Virus record (IMG/VR): IMGVR_UViG_3300012928_000001
Coordinates: 32,001 to 96,000 of that record
Direction: 5' to 3' (one strand)
Source of the DNA: a virus
Length of the DNA: 64,000 nucleotides
A program made the translations under genes and the position numbers. This document shows positions 56,942 through 64,000 of the stretch, one piece after another; the first letter of the stretch is position 1, and each line of letters starts with the position of its first letter. Below the pieces are notes generated by a model, which worked only from the letters and a program-made list of their open reading frames with translations, was not told the DNA's origin and did not search any database.

Positions 56942-56978
56942 GCTGGCACAAGTCGCACAAGTTCGGTATGCTCCCGCG

Positions 56979-57611
56979 GTGTCCAACACCGCGCCCGAAG
57001 TCCGAATGATTGATCTCGACCTTTTGGTCGAGATGGATAGCACAAACCCCAATGTCCTCGCCCCTGATCGGTTCGCCCTACTCGTCCGCGGGATCGAGGA
57101 GCATGGGTTTGTGCAAAACGTGCTCGTGTACCCGCGCGATGACAAGTTCGTCATCATCGACGGCGTGCACCGGTGCAAGGCCGCACGCGATGCGGGACTC
57201 AAAGAAGTGCTATGCATGATCGTCCCGCCCGACCGCGCGAGGGTTCTCCGCCTCGCGCTAAACAAGCTCCGCGGCGAGCTGAATCATGCCGTGGTCGCGG
57301 AGGATCTCCTACACCTGAGCAGCGTCGAGAGCTACGATCTCGAAGCGCTCACGCTCACCGGGTTCACCGACGCGGAGTGCACGGCCCTCCTCGACATGGC
57401 AGCCACCGACGACAGCGAGACCGAGTCTCTACTGGCCGGGGTCGCCCTAGACTCGGTCCCCGAAGAAGAGGTGAAGCCGAAAACCTACAGCTTCACCGTG
57501 AAGTTCGCCACCGAATCGATGCGCGCCAAGTTCAAAGAACGGCTCGCACTCGTGCCCGGCCTTGACGACGTCGAACGTCTGCTACACTTGATCGAGAATC
57601 AAAGCCCATGA
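56979..57611 (+). CDS. ParB/Sulfiredoxin N-terminal domain protein
   Basis: NPN, HGFVQNVLV, IIDGVHR..AA, LNKLRG. Confidence 0.88.
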   Translation: MSNTAPEVRMIDLDLLVEMDSTNPNVLAPDRFALLVRGIEEHGFVQNVLVYPRDDKFVIIDGVHRCKAARDAGLKEVLCMIVPPDRARVLRLALNKLRGELNHAVVAEDLLHLSSVESYDLEALTLTGFTDAECTALLDMAATDDSETESLLAGVALDSVPEEEVKPKTYSFTVKFATESMRAKFKERLALVPGLDDVERLLHLIENQSP

Positions 57612-57904
57612 CACACTCCCGCACAACTCCCGATGATCTACGCGCCCAAGGCTGGGTGTATTGCTCCGAAGCGGCCCGCCTCACCGGTTTGGCCGTGCAG
57701 ACCCTCTACCGCTGGATCGAGGCCGGCCTCGTTCCCGGCGAGCGCGTTGGCGGCTATCGGCTGTGCATCCACTGGGATAAGCTGCTCAAGCATATCGGCA
57801 AAGCCACGTGTAAGGCGCGGTTCATCACGCCCGAGCTCGACCCGGAGTCGTGGGCGAAGCAAGGCGAGGATCCCAAAGAGCGCGAGCGCATCGAGGCGGA
57901 CTGA
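57608..57904 (+). CDS. excisionase/MerR-like HTH DNA-binding protein
   Basis: EAARLTGLAVQTLYRWIEAGLVPGERVGG. Confidence 0.85.
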   Translation: MTHSRTTPDDLRAQGWVYCSEAARLTGLAVQTLYRWIEAGLVPGERVGGYRLCIHWDKLLKHIGKATCKARFITPELDPESWAKQGEDPKERERIEAD

Positions 57905-59319
57905 TGCTGCTCAGCATCGGGAACACCCGCACCACTGTTGACGCTTTGCCGCGCCAGCTCGCGTGGCTCGGGGCCCTGCTCTCGTTCACTGATCAGAGCA
58001 AGGCTTTCCAGCAGCGCGGGGGCAGGGCCGTGCGCGTCGAGGTCCCGGCGGTCTCGCTGCTCGAAAAGGACAGGCTCACGGGGAAGCACACCTTTCCCGC
58101 GGGCCTGTCCGCACACGTCGTGAGCGAGGCCAAGAAAGCCGGGGTCTCGGTCGCCTTCGCGGACGCCCGCACGCGCCCCGTAGAGCCCGATCTCAGCGTC
58201 GAGACGGCATGGCTCCGGCCATACCAACGCGAGGCCGCAGAGACCGCCGTGGCGAAGACCAAGGGCATCATCAAGCTGCCCACGGGCACGGGGAAGACAG
58301 AGATCGCCGTGGCGATCTCGATGCTCCTACCCGGCGCCCGGGTCCTGATGATCACCCCCGAAAAGGACCTGCTCCACAACGCCGCGAGGCGCTTCGAGAA
58401 ACGCACCGGGGACACGGCGGGGCGCATCGGTGACGGAATCTTCCGGCTGGGAGACTTCACCGCCGCGACCTTCCAGACCCTCGCCGCCGGCTTGCGCAAG
58501 GGAGATCCCAAGCTGCGCAAGTACATGCAAACCGTGCACGCGATGATCATCGACGAAGTGCACCAACTCCCCGCCGACAGCTTCTATTCGGCGGCGCAGG
58601 CGATTCCTGCCTACTGGCGAATTGGGATGAGCGGAACACCACTCGCCCGAGGTGACCGAAAGGGCCTGTTCTCGGTCGCGGCTTGCGGGTCGATCATCTA
58701 TCAGCAAAGCCCTGATTACTTCATCGAGCGCGGATGGATGAGCCGACCCAAAATCAAGCTCGTCAAGTGCGTGCAGGGAGGCGATGCGGCGAACTGGCAA
58801 AAGAGCCATGCGCAGTTCATCGTGAAGTCGAATCAGCGAAACAAGCTGCTCACCCGCATGGTACGTGCATGCGCCAAACCGGCGCTGCTATTCGTGCGCC
58901 AAAAGAAGCACGGCCGCGAGATGCTCGATCGTCTGCGCGCGGCTGGGTTGCGTGCTGAGTTCGTCTGGGGCGAGTCCTCGATGGCTGAGCGCGACTTGGC
59001 GATCAAGAAACTGGAATGGGGCGACCTAGACGTCATTGTCTGCTCAAAGGTGTTCGTCACCGGGACAGACATTCCAGACCTGGCCGGCATGGTCAACGCC
59101 ATGGGCGGCAAGTCGACGATCGAGACATTGCAGCGACTCGGCCGCGGTACTCGGGTGACCAAGACCAAAACCGAGTTCGAACTTTGGGACGTCCTAGACG
59201 TCGCAGAATCGCCGGTGAACACGTCGGGGAATCGGTGGTCCCACCGCCACAGCCTCGAACGAAAAAATGTCTACCTCGCGCAAGGCTACGAGGTTATCAT
59301 TCACGACGACGTACTGTGA
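57904..59319 (+). CDS. superfamily 2 (DEAH/ResIII-like) helicase
   Basis: LRPYQ, PTGTGKT, DEVH, SGTP, QRLGRG. Confidence 0.93.
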   Translation: MLLSIGNTRTTVDALPRQLAWLGALLSFTDQSKAFQQRGGRAVRVEVPAVSLLEKDRLTGKHTFPAGLSAHVVSEAKKAGVSVAFADARTRPVEPDLSVETAWLRPYQREAAETAVAKTKGIIKLPTGTGKTEIAVAISMLLPGARVLMITPEKDLLHNAARRFEKRTGDTAGRIGDGIFRLGDFTAATFQTLAAGLRKGDPKLRKYMQTVHAMIIDEVHQLPADSFYSAAQAIPAYWRIGMSGTPLARGDRKGLFSVAACGSIIYQQSPDYFIERGWMSRPKIKLVKCVQGGDAANWQKSHAQFIVKSNQRNKLLTRMVRACAKPALLFVRQKKHGREMLDRLRAAGLRAEFVWGESSMAERDLAIKKLEWGDLDVIVCSKVFVTGTDIPDLAGMVNAMGGKSTIETLQRLGRGTRVTKTKTEFELWDVLDVAESPVNTSGNRWSHRHSLERKNVYLAQGYEVIIHDDVL

Positions 59320-59525
59320 TGATTCGGCACTGCTACGTCTGCGGGGCCGAGCACGAGGAAGATCGCGGGGCTCACCTGTTTTGGTCTGGACCCTACACAT
59401 TCGCGCTCACAGTCTATCTGTGCTCCGCGGGATGCTGGGTCACGCTGCAATGGGACACGCCGAAAGATCTACGTGAAGAGCGATTGCGTCTAGCGCTCGC
59501 CCGCGCAGCTGCTAGCCCTAAATAA
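59319..59525 (+). CDS. small Zn-finger protein
   Basis: CYVC...LCSAGC; overlap with helicase stop. Confidence 0.45.
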   Translation: MIRHCYVCGAEHEEDRGAHLFWSGPYTFALTVYLCSAGCWVTLQWDTPKDLREERLRLALARAAASPK

Positions 59526-59592
59526 GAGAAGCCCCACACCCCCCTTGCTTGCCGGCTCAGGGGTGTGGGGCGCGTCCTAGAGGAGACGTGAG

Positions 59593-60822
59593 GTGAAAAC
59601 ATACCACACCCTGAGCCCCCGCGGCCAGCAACTACCCGCAAAAATCCGCACCCTGATTAGGGTGCTTTTGGCGCAAGGGTACGATCACGAGCTCGCCCTA
59701 AACATAGAGTATCTCGCTACAGCCCTAAAGGTGCACCGTGCTACCGCTTATCGCCAGCTGCATAAGGCCGAGCGATTGGGGGTAATCGAGATCGATAAGG
59801 GGTCCAGTCCTTTGGGTGGGGTCCGTCCCCACCCAAAGGTGATGTTGCCGTCCCGTCACAATTGGTCTATTCGCGTGAATCCGTGGTGCTACGAGCCTGT
59901 AGCGAAAAATCAGACTGGGGCAAATTCCAAAATGCGACAGCTTAATTATAATTCTCTTAATTCTACTCAAGAGAAAGAAGGAGATAAGGGAAAAGAGGAA
60001 AAAGAAAAAGATAAATGCGGTCGCATTTTTGCGGCTCCATGGCCACTCTCTACCCCACTACCGGCTAAGCAAGGTGCCGATATCGTAGATCCCGAATACA
60101 CCCCTTCGGCATACGAGGAAGAGGAGTTCGAGTCTCGATTCGATGCACTCCTCTCCGGCTCGGCCCCAGGACAGCGAAAGCTTGCTGAGGCATCATGGGC
60201 CGGGCTCGGTATGCTCCCTGACTTCCCAGACCGGGGGTTCTGTCGATTCGCCAACACCCCCGCGCTTCCGCAGTTCACCGGCAACATGAAATGGGACATC
60301 TCTATCATACTCTGCGCCTATCGCTGCATCATCAAAAAGATGTACGGCAAGCGCGTTCGGCTTGACAACAAAGTGCGCTTTCGAATGAAGCCTGTTGTGC
60401 TGGCGCTAATCCAGCATGGCGTGAAAAGCCCATACCCTTGGGGAATGCAGCGCACACAGCAATACCGATTCGCTCACGGACCGGACAAAAAGCCTTCGAT
60501 CGACGCGATCTTCTCCGGGCCGGCGGTCGCGGCTCAGGTTGCGAATTTCGAGGCTTACGCGGTATCCTACGGCCTTTCACGGCAAATCATGGCCCCCTCA
60601 CACCGCGAGGCCGTCACTCGGTGGTATCAAGCAAAAGCAATTGCGCTGTGTCTCGCACCGCCGAACGGCCTACAGAGGGAGACCGCCATCGCGGCGCTCG
60701 TCGGTCCGGCTGAGCTCGCGCGGTTGCGGCGGCAAGCTGAGGCTGAGGTTGTGCGGATTGAGGCCGATCTACTTCGTCGCATGCAAGCCAACGATTGGAT
60801 CTGGGGGGACGTGAGTGTCTGA
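59593..60822 (+). CDS. putative replication initiator (N-terminal wHTH)
   Basis: LATALKVHRATAYRQLHKAERLGVI; upstream of DnaB; internal AT-rich tract. Confidence 0.6.
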   Translation: MKTYHTLSPRGQQLPAKIRTLIRVLLAQGYDHELALNIEYLATALKVHRATAYRQLHKAERLGVIEIDKGSSPLGGVRPHPKVMLPSRHNWSIRVNPWCYEPVAKNQTGANSKMRQLNYNSLNSTQEKEGDKGKEEKEKDKCGRIFAAPWPLSTPLPAKQGADIVDPEYTPSAYEEEEFESRFDALLSGSAPGQRKLAEASWAGLGMLPDFPDRGFCRFANTPALPQFTGNMKWDISIILCAYRCIIKKMYGKRVRLDNKVRFRMKPVVLALIQHGVKSPYPWGMQRTQQYRFAHGPDKKPSIDAIFSGPAVAAQVANFEAYAVSYGLSRQIMAPSHREAVTRWYQAKAIALCLAPPNGLQRETAIAALVGPAELARLRRQAEAEVVRIEADLLRRMQANDWIWGDVSV

Positions 60823-62176
60823 CGATCAAGTGATTGAGCCCTACGGGCTGCACGCCATGTTTGAGCGTGACTTGCTGTACACGCTCGCAAACGACACCGC
60901 GGCCTATGGTCGCGTAGGTGAGTACATCGAGCCAGAAGCGTTCTCTGATCCGCTGTCGCCAATCGTCTGCAAGGTCATTGCGCAGTGCATCGCATCGACC
61001 GGCCGACCCCCAGGGGGGATGTCCGCGTTCCTGCAAGAGCTGGAGAACCTCGCAGCATCCGGCGGGATCAGCTTCGATCAGCGCGCGGCCGTTGCAGCCA
61101 ACATGGTCGCGGCAAGTCAGACGGGATTCGACCCCGAAACCGTCGTGGCTCAGTTCGGCGCGGTGATCAAGAGTCGTCGGAACCGCACGGCGATTGAGAG
61201 CGCCATCCTGGCGCACAGCAATCCCGACGCGCTCGTCGAGATCGGGCAACAGCTACAAAACAACGCGCAGATCGGCGTGGTCGACGTGAGCGTGGGCGAT
61301 GACTTGTCCTCGCTGCAAGCTGACCTCGAAGAGACCGCCAACGTGCCGCGGCTGTCCTTTGGCTGCCCGGAGCTCGACGCGGCCACGGGCGGCGGACGGG
61401 CCCAAGGCGAGTTCGGTTTTGTGCTCGGTCCGCCGAAGACGGGCAAGTCCGCGTGGCTGGTCCAGGATGCGGTTACGGCCGTGCGCCAAGGTCTGAACAC
61501 GGTTGTGATCACACTGGAGTTGCCAAGCGTGCGATGGCGTGCCCGATTCTTGGCGGGCATCACTGCTGTGCCCACTAACGCGATTATCAAACACCCGAAG
61601 ACCACAATCGCGTGGAAGGTCTTCGACGATATGAAAGGGATGGCGCAAGACACTGGGCTACCCTTCGGCCGATTCCAGATCAAGAAAATGCCGGCCGGCT
61701 CTACCACGCTGCTCGATGTCCTCTCCTACGTTTCGCGTGTCGAGCAACATTGGGGCGAGCAAGCCGACGTCGTGGTCATCGATTACATGGACAAGATGCG
61801 CGGCCAAGACACGACGAAAGGCATGTACGAGCAAATGCTCGAAGTCTATGAGGGTGGTCGCCTCTGGGCCGAGCTGAATGGTCGATGGATGTCGACTGCG
61901 AGCCAGACAAAGGGGCACGTGAAAGAGGGTGATATGCCCAACTTGGCCGACTGCGCTGATTCGCAAAACAAGGTGCGCGTAACTGACTGGATGCTCGGCA
62001 TCCAAAAGATGCTGGACCCCACGCTAATCGGGCAAGTCTCGCTCCGCCTGATCGCGGGTCGCAACTACGAAGAGACCAACGTGCTCGGCCCGTATAAGGG
62101 CGGTGCAGAGTTTGGCGTGTTCCTGCACGGGGTTGCCGGCAATAACGCACTCATCAACGTGATCCAGAAAGTATGA
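60815..62176 (+). CDS. DnaB-like replicative helicase
   Basis: GPPKTGKS, ITLEL, VVIDYMD, TASQ, ADS..K. Confidence 0.9.
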   Translation: MSDDQVIEPYGLHAMFERDLLYTLANDTAAYGRVGEYIEPEAFSDPLSPIVCKVIAQCIASTGRPPGGMSAFLQELENLAASGGISFDQRAAVAANMVAASQTGFDPETVVAQFGAVIKSRRNRTAIESAILAHSNPDALVEIGQQLQNNAQIGVVDVSVGDDLSSLQADLEETANVPRLSFGCPELDAATGGGRAQGEFGFVLGPPKTGKSAWLVQDAVTAVRQGLNTVVITLELPSVRWRARFLAGITAVPTNAIIKHPKTTIAWKVFDDMKGMAQDTGLPFGRFQIKKMPAGSTTLLDVLSYVSRVEQHWGEQADVVVIDYMDKMRGQDTTKGMYEQMLEVYEGGRLWAELNGRWMSTASQTKGHVKEGDMPNLADCADSQNKVRVTDWMLGIQKMLDPTLIGQVSLRLIAGRNYEETNVLGPYKGGAEFGVFLHGVAGNNALINVIQKV

Positions 62177-63069
62177 ACCGCGACGAGATGGTGATTGAGG
62201 CCGTGCAGCACGGTCGTCGGAACGCGTCCGGGTGGGTGCGGGTCACGTGCCCGTTTTGCCCGACGCGTCGCAACTCGCCGGACCGCAAGCAATCATTCGC
62301 GTTCAACCCTTCGACGTCGGGCTTTGTCTGCAACCGCTGCCGGATCAAGGGGCGCCTGTTCTCCGCGTACACCGGGACGTTTAACGGTCCGCAACGCGAG
62401 GCGCTTTCCATCCATGCTGAGGCGGCCGGGTTCGCCTCGCTCTCTGACCTGTCCGTGATTCGTTCGCAGTCCGCCAAGCCGGCTTACACCTATCTCGCAT
62501 CGCGTGGCTTCACGATGTCAGACATCGAGGCCGCGGATATGCGCGTCGCACTGTACGGCAAATACTCTGGCCGAATCATCATTCCCCACCGCGAGGCCGA
62601 TGGGTCATGGTGGGGTTTCTCTGCGCGGATCTGGAAGCGCAAGATTGACCCGGGTTGCCGCAAAGTCCTCTACCCACCCGGCATGGATCGTCAGCGTCTC
62701 TACAACGCGCCCGCGTTGCTCGAAGAGACAGATCGTATGTTGCTTGTGGTAGAGGGTGTGCTAGATGCAACATGGTACCTGCCCGATGTCGTGGCCTCCC
62801 TAGGCCTCCCGATCATGTCGCATTTCGAGCGCTTGGTACGATTCGCCAAACGCCCTGTCTGCTTTGCCCTCGACGGCGACGCATGGGAGACCGGCCGCGC
62901 ATGGATGCAGCTTGGTCGGTTCCGCGGGCGCAAAGACTTCTACGCCGTCCGGCTCCCCCCGGGCGAAGATCCAAACAGCATCGATCCTCAATGGCTATTC
63001 GATCAAGTCGAAGGCCTCACCACAATCAACGCAATCAAGCGAACCCCGAAAGCAGCGCTTCTCCCATGA
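62173..63069 (+). CDS. DNA primase (Zn finger + Toprim)
   Basis: CPFC...CNRC, YLASRG, GRIIIP, VVEGVLDA, LDGD, EDPN. Confidence 0.9.
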   Translation: MNRDEMVIEAVQHGRRNASGWVRVTCPFCPTRRNSPDRKQSFAFNPSTSGFVCNRCRIKGRLFSAYTGTFNGPQREALSIHAEAAGFASLSDLSVIRSQSAKPAYTYLASRGFTMSDIEAADMRVALYGKYSGRIIIPHREADGSWWGFSARIWKRKIDPGCRKVLYPPGMDRQRLYNAPALLEETDRMLLVVEGVLDATWYLPDVVASLGLPIMSHFERLVRFAKRPVCFALDGDAWETGRAWMQLGRFRGRKDFYAVRLPPGEDPNSIDPQWLFDQVEGLTTINAIKRTPKAALLP

Positions 63070-64000
63070 TCACCGATCTGCAAGCTCTTCTCACCACCAT
63101 CGGTCCTGACAAATACAAGACCCTCGACATCAACGAACTCGTGCGCATGCAAGTCGAGCTGGCGCGCATCGACCTCGAAGGCGCCAAGCTCCAGCGCCTG
63201 AACGATCAAGACCTCGACGCGCAGCACCGGTCGGTCGCGTCTCCCGCTCCCGCTCCCGCTCCCGCGCCGACCCCCGCTCCCGAGCCTGTCGAGACTTTCG
63301 TGGCCGCGGCCGAGCCTGCGCCGGCCCCCGCCGCGCCCAAGATCACCATCGTGCCCGCTCCCGAGCTCGTCGACCGACCGCCGACCCCCGAGCCCGCGCC
63401 GCCGACCCCCGAGCCCGCTCCCGAGCCCGCGCCGCCGACCCCCGAGCCCGCGCCGGTGGTGCACGCGACCATGCCGGAGCCTGCGCCCGCACCCGCTCCC
63501 GAGCCCGCGCCGACCCCTGCACCCCCGGCGCCCTCGCCTGTCCCCGCTCCGGCGATCCAGGCCCGCGCCGCCGCCCTGCCCAAGCCCCTGACCCCGCCCG
63601 AGCCCGCGCCGACCCCTGCGCCTGCTGAGGCCCCCGAGCACGCCGTCGAGACGCTCAAGTGCGGTCACGAATGGTACGTCAACATGCCCGCCCGCGAGCA
63701 CCCCACGGCGCTCTCTGGGGTCGCGCACCAAAAGGCGATCCAGTTGACCGAGTGGGGCGGCCGAAAAGTCGTGAATCGGACCGAGAATGAGCTCTACTAT
63801 CGACTCGATCTCGACAACGGCGATTTCGTGCGCATCGAATTCGACGGGCACGACTGGTATGAGGCCGGTCGTGCGAACAACGACGGCGACATGCTGCCGA
63901 TCTTCAAACACCCCAAGGGCGCGAGCGAACCGGTCGCGTCGCTCCGGGGCGAGACGGCCGCACGCGTCGCTATCAACGTGATCATGAGCGAGGGCGCCGG
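63066..64000 (+). CDS. protein with long Pro/Ala/Glu linker, truncated by window end
   Basis: ATGA overlap with primase; open to the end; (PEPAPPT)-type repeats at ~63240-63635. Confidence 0.7.
   Translation, partial: MITDLQALLTTIGPDKYKTLDINELVRMQVELARIDLEGAKLQRLNDQDLDAQHRSVASPAPAPAPAPTPAPEPVETFVAAAEPAPAPAAPKITIVPAPELVDRPPTPEPAPPTPEPAPEPAPPTPEPAPVVHATMPEPAPAPAPEPAPTPAPPAPSPVPAPAIQARAAALPKPLTPPEPAPTPAPAEAPEHAVETLKCGHEWYVNMPAREHPTALSGVAHQKAIQLTEWGGRKVVNRTENELYYRLDLDNGDFVRIEFDGHDWYEAGRANNDGDMLPIFKHPKGASEPVASLRGETAARVAINVIMSEGA

Noticed and set aside
63240-63635. DNA-level repeat array near the window end
   Set aside because: Explained by a Pro/Ala/Glu linker in an open plus-strand frame.

Overview
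High-GC, almost fully coding 64 kb segment of a large tailed dsDNA phage with a contractile (myovirus-type) tail. No integrase, endolysin or DNA polymerase is recognisable in the window. Cys-rich lipoproteins suggest a myxobacterial host (inference). Plus strand: accessory genes (dUTPase, lipoproteins, Dam), terminase, a DNA-modification operon, PBSX-like head genes, neck, sheath/tube, tape measure, baseplate and fibres (to ~47.5 kb). Minus strand 47.5-54.3 kb: a non-coding RNA array, a Dam-like protein, RuvC, Tmk, a metallopeptidase-vWA protein and an AAA+ ATPase. Plus strand again from 54.5 kb: sigma factor, ParB-N, SF2 helicase, Rep, DnaB and primase. Three highlights. (1) A translationally coupled operon ParB-N / chorismate mutase / C5-cytosine MTase with a motif-X Asn->Arg change / CmoA, which reads as a chorismate -> prephenate -> carboxy-SAM -> 5-carboxymethylcytosine DNA-modification pathway. 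(2) A promoter-driven tandem array of four 150-200 nt tRNA-like RNAs with large inserts, plus two small degenerate tRNA-like elements elsewhere. (3) An 11-copy promoter (GTGACT-N17-TAC(A/G)GT), mostly driving leaderless genes. All protein calls come from motif recognition by eye; no searches were run.
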